A stretch of 63,838 nt of DNA, the filler included, from Olpidium bornovanus S191 (taxonomy: Eukaryota > Fungi > Olpidiomycota), in assembly GCA_017911155.1 (NCBI GenBank). It is 30 parts of 30 records of this genome, joined end to end, with 100 filler letters (N's around TTAATTAATTAA, not from the genome) between each part and the next. Parts side by side here need not be neighbours in the genome. Positions count along the whole stretch, not along the records: positions 10,666 to 13,021 come from JAEFCI010006405.1; positions 13,122 to 14,767 come from JAEFCI010006674.1; positions 14,868 to 16,272 come from JAEFCI010010050.1; positions 16,373 to 19,446 come from JAEFCI010007942.1; positions 19,547 to 20,963 come from JAEFCI010011361.1; positions 21,064 to 24,274 come from JAEFCI010012281.1; 24 more parts are not named here. One strand, given 5' to 3'. The translations under genes and the position numbers were made by a program. A model generated the notes under the pieces. The model was given only the letters and a program-made list of their open reading frames with translations. It was not told the origin of the DNA and made no database searches. Of this stretch, positions 12,100 to 23,302 are shown piece after piece (within the stretch, counting starts at the first letter, position 1; each line of letters opens with the position of its first letter).

Positions 12100-12526
12100 G
12101 CGTGTGAGCACTGGTCGACACCTCGAGCTAGCAAGCCCTATTTGTATTTGGAAGCACCATGAACACCTGTTTTCAGAGAGCGTTGTGGTTTGTATTGTGT
12201 GTGTGTGCGACGATACTACGAGAGAACCACCAATCCCCACTCATCAATTTTGCTGTCTGAGAAAAAAAAACTACTCGCGGACACTCGAAACGGGGCGATT
12301 TAGATGCTGATCGCGTAATATACCGCACGAATCGAGCTCGCCGATTCAGATTGAATCGTGGTGGCGGGCTACCCACTCTTATAACGCGGGTGCCAGCGTC
12401 GAAACAACCGGATACCAGTGTCGGACGCGATGCGCAGAAATATCTGAAGGTGTCTAAAAACAGGCGTAACGCCTCCAAATACGAATAGGGCTTGCTAGCT
12501 CGAGGTGTCGACCAGAGCTCGCATGC
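12100..12526. mobile_element. Non-autonomous foldback/MITE-like element with ~75-bp imperfect terminal inverted repeats
   Basis: ctggtcgacacctcgagctagcaagccctatt(t/c)gtatttgga occurs at 12111 on + and at about 12473-12515 on -. Similarity extends outward and inward. No clear TSD. Confidence 0.7.
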
Positions 12527-12926
12527 AACACACACAAGCCACATAACCGATGGAGAGGCTGGGGTGAGGAACCCGCTTGCCTTTGACTAGCGAGGGCGAG
12601 CATAAAACGAGAGAGAGAGCGAGAGAGAGCGCTCACATGCGGCTTCGCTTCGAAGCAGTTCCGCAGAGCAATGAACACGCGTTTCTCCTCCTCCAGAGGC
12701 AGCTTCGGACGGTTCCGCGAACCTAAGAGCACATTTGAAGGGCTGGAATGGAACGGGAAGGCGCCAAACGAAGTAAGATCTCTGCGCAACAATACTATTC
12801 AACGCAGTGCAACGGCAGGGAAGGGAAAATTTGAACGGGGAAGGGAAAATCGTACGGGGAAGGGGGGAAAAACGAAAAAAAAAAACGAAAAAAAAAACGA
12901 AAAAAAAAAAAAAAAAAAAAAAAAAA

Positions 12927-13020
<94 letters not shown>

Positions 13021-13275
13021 ANNNNNNNNNNNNNNNNNNNNNNNNNNNNNNNNNNNNNNNNNNNNTTAATTAATTAANNNNNNNNNNNNNNNNNNNNNNN
13101 NNNNNNNNNNNNNNNNNNNNNAAACACTGCAAACAATCACATTGCTGTGGACTTTGATGAGTGAGTTTCTGTTTGTTCGACGAGGCAGAGAGAGCCGTGT
13201 GCTTTCCCAGACTGCAGTTGCCGCACATCGATGGCCGACATGGCGTGGAGAAAGGCGGAGCACCTAGGCAAGAGC

Positions 13276-13308
<33 letters not shown>

Positions 13309-13489
13309 GTTTCTTCGTTTCTCGTTTCCCCTTTGATCATCAACGCCGTTTTCGTCGACGGCGCAGTTCTGTTTCCGAGCGTGCGTGATTTGGACGCGAC
13401 GTTTTGTGCTGTGTGTGGCGTTACGGTTTAGAAAAATCAAAAAAAAAAAAAAAAAGAAAAAATGCCGGCCATGCGCGATGGAAGGAACG

Positions 13490-13649
13490 AAGGAAAGACG
13501 GAAAGGAAGGAAGGAAGGAAGGAAGGGCGGCGGGGGCCGGTCGGCCGCCACGCACCACCACTGTCCTTCTTGCCTTTTCATAGGGCAAAATTGGCCATAC
13601 CAGGCACAACGCCACCCCTTCCGCCGCGCTCCCCTTCGTTACGGCGGCC

Positions 13650-13688
<39 letters not shown>

Positions 13689-13805
13689 ACGACGGAAGGA
13701 AGGAGGGAAGGAAGGGTGGCAGCGCCCGGTCAGCGTCCACAAACCTTTTACTTCCTCCACACCTTTTCATAGGGCAGAACCAGGCAGACCCGGCACAACG
13801 CCACC
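13490..13805. repeat. Diverged direct duplication within a homopolymer/(GGAA)n-rich region
   Basis: Two copies, about 190 bp apart, of gaaggaagg...ccggtc...ccttttcatagggca.aa...ggcacaacgccacc. Confidence 0.65.
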
Positions 13806-14356
13806 TTCCGCCGCCACTCCTTCCTACCCCCTCCCTCTTCCTTCCCTCCGTTTTTACTTGGACGCCGCTGAACTTGGCCGTCCTCACCCCCTCCTCCCCT
13901 CCCCCTTCCTTCCTTCCTTCCGTGCCGTATTGAAGGCAATGTACGCAACACAAATCGAGAGGGCGGAACCAGTACAAGTTTTTGGGGGGTGCAGGCAAAA
14001 GGAGAGGAACCAGGAAAAGTTTTTGGGGGTGCGGGCAAAAGGAAAGGGCTCTAACGATCCCATCTTCGGGGAGATCACGCGGGCCCCTCCCTTCGGAGCG
14101 GAGAGAGGCACGATCTATCCCGACACTAACTGCTTCCTTTCCCTCCTGCGAAGTGGGTGCCGAAAGAGGGCGGGGGGGGGGGGGGGGGGGGGGGGATGGG
14201 GGGGGGGGGGGGGGGGGGGGGGAGGGGGGGGGGGGGGGGGGTGAGGGATCGAATTGGGAGGGAGGGGAGGGGCTGGGAGAAGGGGCTGGGAGAAGGTGTG
14301 CGTACGCCCCTCTAATCCAATCCGGACTTTTAGAGTGACAGGAAGTCCGTCATCTA

Positions 14357-14529
14357 CAGTCGTCCCTCTCATACTTTATAGTCCCCGTTCCGGGTGAAAT
14401 GTAAGGTATCAGAGGTTATAAAGTAGTGGATATAGGGCTCGACCATAGAACGATGTCGGTGGAAGTCGAAACGTATAAAGTAGCAGAGGTTATTAAGTAT
14501 TGGGATATAAAGTATGAGTGGGACGACGG
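14357..14529. mobile_element. 173-bp Tc1/mariner (pogo-like) MITE
   Basis: TA|CAGTCGTCCCTCTCATACTTTATAGTCCC ... GGGATATAAAGTATGAGTGGGACGACGG|TA: ~28-bp TIRs, a TA target duplication, and internal TATAAAGTA repeats. Confidence 0.85.
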
Positions 14530-14936
14530 TATTCTCTCGGCTGTGGCGGAAGGTTGGAGGGCCCAGAGTTCGGCGTTTTGCAGGGGATCGGCGAATTAAA
14601 ACCTCTTTCGCCATCACGTAACGCAAAGCGCTAGCTACGGCCTATCACATGACAGACATTACCCATCCAACACGCCCCCACGTACACGGTGAAATACAAA
14701 TTATGTCGTTGACACGGTGAATTGTGGTGACGAACACGTACATAAGCGTATACATACAATAAAAAAANNNNNNNNNNNNNNNNNNNNNNNNNNNNNNNNN
14801 NNNNNNNNNNNTTAATTAATTAANNNNNNNNNNNNNNNNNNNNNNNNNNNNNNNNNNNNNNNNNNNNCCCCCCCCCCCCCCCCCCCCGGCCGGACCGTAC
14901 TTACCCGCCGTTCGACTCTTTCTACCGCCGTTCCAG

Positions 14937-15509
14937 CACGAAATTCCCCACGAGCTTGGCGACTTTGCTGTGCTGCTCTCCTCCGGCCTTCCGCTCTGGA
15001 AGGCTCTCTTTTTCAACTGCCTTGGCAACGCTCCGGCGTTCCTGGGCTCAATCATCGCGCTGACGGCACTCCCGAACAGCGAGCCGGCGATGGACTGGAT
15101 CCTGGCGTACACCGCCGGCAACTTCCTCTACATCGCCCTTGTGGACCTCCTGCCTTCGCTTTTCGGGGGCGACTGCCTCGGCCACGGCCACGACCACCAC
15201 GGCAGCCACGACCACACGCACCACCACGAAGACGGCCACATGCACGGCCACCCCGTCCCCGACACGCACTCCTCGACGCGCACCGCTCCCGAGAAGGCCA
15301 CCGCCGGTTCCGCCGACGGTCGCGACATCGAGGCCGTGGCGCTGAGGGTTGAGCCCTCCACCTGCCCCGCCGCGCACATGAGCGGCGAGGGCATCTTCCG
15401 CGAGTCCACGAAGGACAAGCGGAGCACCATGGTGGCCGTGCACCTCGGCATCCTCGCCGGCTTTGGCGCCATGGTCGGCCTCGCGCTGCTGGAGGCCGCA
15501 CAGCACTAG
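14937..15509 (+). CDS. ZIP (SLC39, LIV-1-type) zinc transporter, last exon (TM5-TM8)
   Basis: After a CAG acceptor: HEIPHELGDFAVLLSSG, AGNFLYIALVDLLP, and a terminal TM LGILAGFGAMVGLALLE. Confidence 0.93.
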   Translation, partial: HEIPHELGDFAVLLSSGLPLWKALFFNCLGNAPAFLGSIIALTALPNSEPAMDWILAYTAGNFLYIALVDLLPSLFGGDCLGHGHDHHGSHDHTHHHEDGHMHGHPVPDTHSSTRTAPEKATAGSADGRDIEAVALRVEPSTCPAAHMSGEGIFRESTKDKRSTMVAVHLGILAGFGAMVGLALLEAAQH

Positions 15510-15776
15510 CCGCCCGGCGCCACGTGCTCACTTCATTTTTGACTGCCCAGTCTTAACTATTCTTTCCAGTCTCGCCGCCCCCTGTTTCCCCCCACATTCC
15601 TTCGTTCCCCTCTCCCCTCCCCCCCGGTTCCTCCTCCCGTTTTGACCCTCACCGTCGTCGATTTTCTGTTAGGACCCCACCGGCCGCGTCACTGTCGGCC
15701 CACGCGATACGAGCTGCTGCCTCCGGTTAACCGGCGGCGATCGCAGCTTGGGTGATAAAAATTTATTTTGCACATA

Positions 15777-15818
<42 letters not shown>

Positions 15819-16889
15819 CGACCTGCCGGGGGACCGAGATTTTCTTCTTCCAAAAAATTAAATAAAAAACAAAGCGCGCGCGGCCCGCTTCTTTTGTTAC
15901 CGATATAGACAAACGCTCCTTTCTCTCTTTTTTTTATAAGAAAATATACACACAAATAAGGAACGGGAAACACAAAACGGCCCGAAGAGGACGGGCCGAA
16001 GCTTGTGACCCCTCGAACCGAAGTCGCTTGGTGAAAGCTCGGATTCTGGAACGAGTCGGGTAAACAAGTCCCCTGTGGGCGGGGCGGCGGCGGCGCGCGC
16101 GAGTCCCCCTCCCCCTCCTCCATCTACATTTTGCCACCCCTTCTTCGAAAGAACAAAAACGATGGGCGAGAGGGGGGCGGAGGGGGGGCGAAAGGGGGGG
16201 AAGTTTCTCCATTTCTCTTCCCCACCGACCGGTTCCCCCCCCCCCCCCCCCCCCCCCTTCACCCGGAACCCCNNNNNNNNNNNNNNNNNNNNNNNNNNNN
16301 NNNNNNNNNNNNNNNNTTAATTAATTAANNNNNNNNNNNNNNNNNNNNNNNNNNNNNNNNNNNNNNNNNNNNAAACCCCCCCCCCCCCCCGACAACCGGC
16401 CCTTAAACCCCTCTTCTTCCCGTGTGCGGTACACCGCGCCAGTCGAGAAGGAAAACGTTCCCCTTGCCGCCCGCACGTATTCAGACAGTATATGTACAAT
16501 AAACGGGGTTGGGGAGCCATCGATTACCGGGCCGGCCGCTGCCCGACTAGTTAACACCGGCTCTTGCAGGGTGACCCAACGTCTGCAGACTAACCGTTGG
16601 TTCAAGGCCGTTAGGAGGTCGGAAACAGGGGCCCCGTAGAGACGGCAGGCGCATCAACCTCCGCGACACCCTGCACAGTTACACCGAATACGCACTCTGG
16701 TTCCCCGTCCTCCACCCCCTCCTCCCCCCAACAAACCCACTGCCTCTTGCACAATACTTTTAGTTTGGTCTACAAACTACATGCGCAAGCAACAGCAGCG
16801 GCCATGCGCCTGCTGTTGGCTTCGCTGGCCTATTTTTACCGCCGGTTTTTGGCACGCCCTGCACATCAGGCAGATCGACTCTGCAAACT

Positions 16890-18345
16890 CTAGATGACCT
16901 CGCCTCCGCGGTTTTCAGAACACCGGTGGCCCCCCTCGTCAGCTCTGCGAGCGCGGGTAGCGAATTGCGTGTCCAGAACGGTGCGGGCACGCACGAGCCT
17001 CGTCTCGGCGATGTGCCTGGATTTGAAACGTGCGGGAAAATTGAGGAAGCGCCCCCCCACGGAACCGTCACCCCGCAACCTGCAGGAACTTGCGCGCGTC
17101 GCATTTTTTTATTTTATTTTATGTTTTTTTTTTTTTGTTTTGCCGTATACACGCCACACCGACCTCTCCAACTCGGCCGCCTCGTGCTCGAGCTCCGAGA
17201 CACGCTCCAAAATGGTGGAGATTCTTTGCGGCAGCTTATGGAAATCTTGCGTACTCGGCCTGCCGTAAAAGAGAACGCCCGACAAGTAAGCATGGGGGAA
17301 ACGCCACGCGACGCGGCTCCTCCGGATTTGGTTTCCGCTGGGGTGGAATTGCTTTTGTCTGCTCACTCCGGCGCGGCGAGCTCCGAGTCACCCTCTGGCA
17401 TGGTGTCGTCTGTGCTTCCGGCGGGCTCTGCAAACCCAACACGTCGGAACAACCGGAAGTCGTTACTGAATCACATTCTTTTTTTGTTCAACACCAAACT
17501 GTCCGCAGGAACAACCGGGGAAATATACCGCGGTTGTGCGTGGTAGGATACCCTGCCGGTGATATGTTCTGCAACAGATCAAAAACCGCGTCCACTTGAC
17601 CGGTGGTAAGTATTTTTTTTTTTTCTTCGTCCCGTTTTTTGGTTCGGAACGTGAGCGGCAGCAGGCTCTCGTAGAACAGGCGGCGCTCGTACGTTTGGAC
17701 ACCAGGTCCGCTTCGCTTGCCTCGATGTAACCGCCAAGTGCCGGAGACGCGGCAGCCAAAAACAGGTCGCGGCTGCATTCCTGAAGTCGCGCGGACGCTT
17801 CGTCGAGACCTCGGCTGTAGGTTTCGAGAGCCACGCTTTTTCGGGTTGCGGGTTTTCTTTGGCTGTCAGCCGGTCGGGCAGACGCGCTCGACGGCCTCGC
17901 GGAGCGGGAAAACACGACGCGCGTACAGATAGCGGGCGCATTCCCTCTCTGACGCCTTTAACCTGGCGTCGGCTGCGGCGGAGCGTTCAAGAAGATTGGC
18001 TTGCGCTTCTCTGAGGCTGGGGGTTTGGGGGTTCGGCGGAAAGGGGGTGGAGTGGGCGCGCGGTCAGTGGCGAGATCCGAGCGGACCGTTGAATCACTAC
18101 CTCTCTCTCTTGCTCTCCGTCGGCCTCCTTCCCCAGCCGTCCGCGTCGCGGGGCTGCGCGCACCGCGCCTCCTCATCCTCCTGGAGCCGCAGTTCCGCCT
18201 GCAGGCGCAGCACGGTCGGGTCGGAGGCCGGCGGCGGCATTCGGGAGGCCGTTGGTTGTCGCGCGCGGGGCCGTCGCCGCCTTGCGGCGCCCGCCGCGGG
18301 AGCCGCCGGCAGGGGGTTTGCGGGGCGCGGGCGGTCACGTGCCAC
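16890..18345 (-). CDS. Hypothetical multi-exon protein with coiled-coil segments
   Basis: Protein-like blocks bounded by candidate splice sites: PTVLRLQAELRLQEDEEAR; SVALETYSRGLDEASARLQECSRDLF; QVDAVFDLLQNISP; RISTILERVSELEHEAAELER. Family not recognised. Confidence 0.35.
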
Positions 18346-18427
18346 CCCCCTTCTTCCCCGTCCCCGTCCATCGTCGACTTTCTCACCGCATCCGGAGCAT
18401 TTCTTGCCGCGCGAAAAAGAGGAAAAG

Positions 18428-18512
<85 letters not shown>

Positions 18513-19385
18513 CCTCGCCGCCCGCAGAGGCGGCGGTGTGCGATCGGGCGCGACAGATTTTTCAAATTTTTTTTTTTTTTCCCCTCCTCTCTTCCGCAAG
18601 GGTGATGCCTCACAAGAAGAAGGAAAAATTGTTTTCCCGGGCGGCGGGGGTGGGGTTGTTATTAGATTTGGGGGGGGGGGGACGTGCGCGAAGGCGAGGG
18701 AGGGGGTGGGGGGAAACAGCGAGGAGGAAAAAAAAAAAAAAAAAAAGGCCCGAAGTTAGCTCTCCATGGCAACCACCCTCCCTCCCCCACCCCACCCCCA
18801 CCCCTGTCCCACCGAGACGACCGGGACACAATGGGTCGGTGGGGAAGAGGGCGGCCGGCGGCCGGCGCGTCCTCTCCGGGCACCCTCGTTACCAACGCGA
18901 CACGACGCGGAAAAAAAAAAAAGGAAACAACTTGCTCCCCGAACAAAAAGAGGATTCTGCTCACCCGGTTGTCCCGCTTCCCTCCCTCCGCCTTCCCCTC
19001 CCCCTTCCCATCCCCTTACACCCCCCCCCCCCATCTCGCCCCCAACCCCACCCTGTTTCCCCCACCCACCAGGTTTCGAGTACCGCTGACGTTCGGACTC
19101 AAACGTCACTGCACTTTGAATTAACTCAAAAATGAAAAAAAAAAAAGAGAAATAGATTTTTGGAAAACCCGGAGGCAGGGAATCACTCAATTTATTTATT
19201 TGTTTTTTCCCTTTTCTTTTATTCTTTCTGGTTTCGCTACGGAGCGTGTCCAGATATGGTTCGACCCGGGTGGCGCGCGTGCGGAGGGGGGGGGAAAGGG
19301 AAGGGGGCCTGTGTTATCAGATGCGTCGGATTGGGAACCCACTCACACCCACGCCTCCCGCTCACACGAAAAAACACGGACGTTT

Positions 19386-19429
<44 letters not shown>

Positions 19430-20309
19430 GTTCCCCGGTTTCCGAANNNNNNNNNNNNNNNNNNNNNNNNNNNNNNNNNNNNNNNNNNNNTTAATTAATT
19501 AANNNNNNNNNNNNNNNNNNNNNNNNNNNNNNNNNNNNNNNNNNNNCATGCGCAGCGCACGGCACGCGCTGAACGAGTGCCGTGCGCAATGGCGGGGTTT
19601 GGGACAGAACGCGAAACCCGCCAAGGATACCCCCGAGCGCGAAGGTAGAACAGACGGATTCACAGAGGGCGACCGTGAACTGTCGTGGTGTGCTCAGCGG
19701 GAGCGGCAGGTTGACTGGCGGATATGAAGGCGAGAGCAAGCAGCGGCGAAGACGACCGGAACGCTTGTGGCGGAGCCGGAGGGTTAGAATAGGGTTACTG
19801 GGGGCGGGGAAGAAGGGAGGAGGGGGGGGAAAGGAAGGGCATTCACGGGGGCAACAAAAAGTTGCGGGGATGCGCGAGGTTGGCTTTGCGTAGTTGCCCG
19901 TCAGGAGCCCGGCACGGTTATTTCATGTGGGAGGGGCCTTGGACATACACACGCTCGCAAAAACCAAAAGGAAAAATAACAAAAAAAAACAAGGCACGCG
20001 AGGAGAGAGATTCCACCTATATGCAATAACCAACAGGCCTTCGCTGCGAAGTGATATCCCCCCCCCCCCAAAAGGTAGCAGCAGGTCGGCGGCGCATCCT
20101 CAAATCTTCGAACTGTATTGGTTTGGCTCATGCGAAAGGGGGCAAAAAAAAAAAAAAAAAAAAAAAAAAAACAGGAAAAAATAGGAAAAAAAACAGGAAA
20201 AAAAAGAGGAAAAGAAAAGGAAAAAATTTGCGTGCTTGCAAAGAGTAACTAAGAAAGCTCACCCCCTGAGCTCCCCCCTCCTTCCACTCCCAAAAAATGG
20301 CGAGGCCAC

Positions 20310-20963
20310 CTACTGCGAAGGAACCCCGGGCGGCTGCGGCGCCAGGTCCATCTCGCCGGCGGGGGCGTCCTCGATGGCGCACCCGACGACGCGAACGCCG
20401 TTCTCCTGGAGTTCGGCGAAAACGCGAGCCATCAGCCTGGTGTACCCGGCGCCGTCAGCCCCGCTCCCGTCATCTTCCTCCTCGTCGTCGGAGTCCAGGA
20501 CAACCATCACGCGCTGTTTTGTCGGGCCCGGTTCGGGATTGGCGGCGGTCGGGACAGGCGCGGCCGTCGCAGGCGGGGCAGGAGGCGGAGGAGCCTGCGG
20601 AGTCGCGGGGCCTTGCGACGTCGTACACTCTCCCGGCTGGGCCGAGACTTCCGGCGCGCCGGGGACGGCCTGGCCGGGGCCCACGTGGGCAGGAGCTCCG
20701 TGGGCTTGCTGCTGCTGCTGCTGCTGCATGGGCGGGTTGTTGGCGCCGGACGCATAAGGCCCCCGCGACCCGGAATGCCTCTGATGGTGTTGTCCGCGGC
20801 TGTCGCGCTGGCCGGGTTGCTGCGGGTGTGGCTGCTGGTCGTATCGCTGGTATGACCTGGAGTGGGCTCCCCTGCCGCCTCCGCCGTGGTACGTATCGTA
20901 CCGCTGGCCCCCGGAGCGGGGATTCCGGTTCCCACTGAACCGTCCACCGTGGTAGTTGCCATG
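20310..20963 (-). CDS. C-terminal fragment of a Q/P/A-rich low-complexity protein with a SIM-like motif
   Basis: Poly-Q and Pro/Ala-rich linker, then RVMVVLDSDDEEEDD and a short helical tail RLMARVFAELQENGVRVV. Confidence 0.4.
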   Translation of the reverse strand, partial: HGNYHGGRFSGNRNPRSGGQRYDTYHGGGGRGAHSRSYQRYDQQPHPQQPGQRDSRGQHHQRHSGSRGPYASGANNPPMQQQQQQQAHGAPAHVGPGQAVPGAPEVSAQPGECTTSQGPATPQAPPPPAPPATAAPVPTAANPEPGPTKQRVMVVLDSDDEEEDDGSGADGAGYTRLMARVFAELQENGVRVVGCAIEDAPAGEMDLAPQPPGVPSQ

Positions 20964-21064
20964 NNNNNNNNNNNNNNNNNNNNNNNNNNNNNNNNNNNNN
21001 NNNNNNNTTAATTAATTAANNNNNNNNNNNNNNNNNNNNNNNNNNNNNNNNNNNNNNNNNNNNG

Positions 21065-23302
21065 ATGCAGCGGCCCAGCGCCCACCAGCACATTGAGAGT
21101 ATTTACCCGCCACCGCCCACCATAGCCGCTGCGCCGTCGCCGGCCACCGTCGCCGTCGATTCTCTGCAGACAGAGAATGCCATGGGCATTGCTGGACGCG
21201 TGATCAGCGACGCCTCCGCGTATACAGCGTCCTCGACTTTTAACGAACCTGCACCGCCGAACGAATCAGTCAGCGAGGGAAAGAGCACTTCGCAAAGCGC
21301 TGCACGTAACGATGGCGCCGCTCCAGCCAGCGACTACGGGGAAGACGAAGAGGATGAAGGGTACGAGGAAGAGGATCAAAATAATGCCGGGCCGAACTAC
21401 CTTAAGAGCAAATATTGGTGGGCGGGCATGATTCTGATGGTTTCCGGGGAGGTCGGGAATTTCCTGGGTATGTTTCCCTGCATGTGCTTTTTCATTATGG
21501 GCGTTGTGCCGCCGATCATCAAGGGCGCTGGGCGCTACGCAGCAGTCGGATACACCATCGGCTGGCTTACGAATAGGAAATACGACCCGACAGTCGGGAA
21601 CTTTTCAAGACGCCGAACGTCCTCCGGCATTGGTTTTCCATGACAGTCGCACATCTGACTAGTCCTTCCCTCCGCGCCTCCTCAATTTCTCGGTTGTGGC
21701 CTGTCCCTGCAAAGCATACGGCTACGCACCGGCATCTGTCGTCGCGCCCCTCGGGACCGTCGCTCTGATCTCCAACGCAGTTTTGGCACCGTTAATGCTC
21801 AAGGAAAAGTTCAGAGGACGAGACTTTTTGGGAATATGCTGCGCAATATTCGGCGCCGTTGTTGTCGTTGTGAGCTCGAAAACAGAAGAGATGCAGGTGC
21901 GTTCAGGAATTTTGACGTCTCCTCGCTGTCAACAGGGCAAATGCGCCCTGTCTGACTGACCCTCGGACGGTCATTTGACTGCCGCTTGTTTGCCGGAAAA
22001 TTGGCTGTCTTACGTTTGTCGGGACTTGGCTTTTGCGCGGATGAAATTCAGCTTGATCCTGTAGCTCTGAATGCCGCAATCCTGCAACCTAAGTTCCTTA
22101 TCTACACCGCGTGTATGGCAGTTGCGGCTGGAGGTCTAGTCCATCTGTCGGACCGTATGGGGGACAAGCTCATAATCATAGATCTTGGACTTGTAGCCAT
22201 ATTTGGCGGGTACACTGTGATGGCTACGAAAGCGATCTCGTCGTTGATGGGTTTGAACTTGTCGGTACCAAGCGCGAATGGGTAGACGTTATTTTGCGAC
22301 TTTCATTAACGGTGAAATAACTATTACATTTGTTTGCAGCATCCAGATGTTCGGGTGCCCGATCACGTACTTGGCATTGTTCGTCTTGGTTTCGACCGCG
22401 ATAGCACAGATCAAGTATCTCAACAAGTCACTGCAACGGTTTGATTCGACGGTAGGTCGCACGGCTGAAGTACTAAACAATCGCTTCGCGCCATTCACGG
22501 ACTGGTCTTGCAAAAGTGACGCGGCGTTCCGTTTGGCGGCGCGGAATCCAACCAGCAAGTTATCCCGACCCAGTTCGTTCTGTTCACCATTGCTGCGATC
22601 GCGGGAGGCGGCGTCCTGTACAACGACTTTGAGAAAATGACGTCCTATGCTGCGCTATCTTTCGTGTGCGGCTGCTGCCTGACATTTCTGGGGGTATACT
22701 TCATCACTTCGCTGCGGGGCTCCAAGCCAGAAGGCGTGGCTGTCCCGAAGGAGGTGGACGGCGTTATCTCTAAGCAGGTCATGTCGGCGAAAGGCTCGCG
22801 GATAGAATCCATGCGAAGTAGCGCGGGCGGGATGTACACGCTCGACGGCCGTCGGCAGAGCAGCTTTGCCCGCCACGCCGGCAGCGGCGGCGAATACGAG
22901 CTTAAGGGGTGGTGGGGCGGCGGCGGCAATGTCTTGGACGACGACGAAGATTCCGGCGACGGCCACTACCACCGCGGCAGAGGCCGCCGTTTCTCGGGAA
23001 CCCGGCAGCAGTTGTTTGATGAACCTGGCGGTGGCTGGAGGCGCCAGTGGAACGCCGGCGGGGACCGGTATGGCAACGCCCCGTCTTCTACGGACTCGAT
23101 CTTTGCGCAGCGCGGCGCCATCTTCTGGGGCTCCGTTCGGAATGTCACCCGCCGCGCAAAGGACTGGTGGATTCGCGCAACCAGGGATGCCGGAGCCCCG
23201 CCTTCTGCCCGCCGGCATCACGTGGGCGCTGACAGAGTCCCCGGTTCTCAGGGACGCCCGGCGTCCACGATCCGCCAGTTTAGAGTCGAAAACATCGTCT
23301 GA
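21065..23302 (+). CDS. NIPA-family (NIPA1/NIPAL) magnesium transporter, multi-exon
   Basis: YLKSKYWWAGMILMVSGEVGNF; AYGYAPASVVAPLGTVALISNAVLAPLMLKEKFR; GGYTVMATKAISSL; QIKYLNKSLQRFDST; VIPTQFVLFT; GCCLTFLGVYFIT. The 3' end is uncertain. Confidence 0.93.

Noticed and set aside
12671-13073. Poly-Lys, poly-Phe, poly-Gly and poly-Pro ORFs, and ORFs ending XXXLIN, throughout the track
   Set aside because: These are translations of homopolymer runs and of the linker, not proteins.
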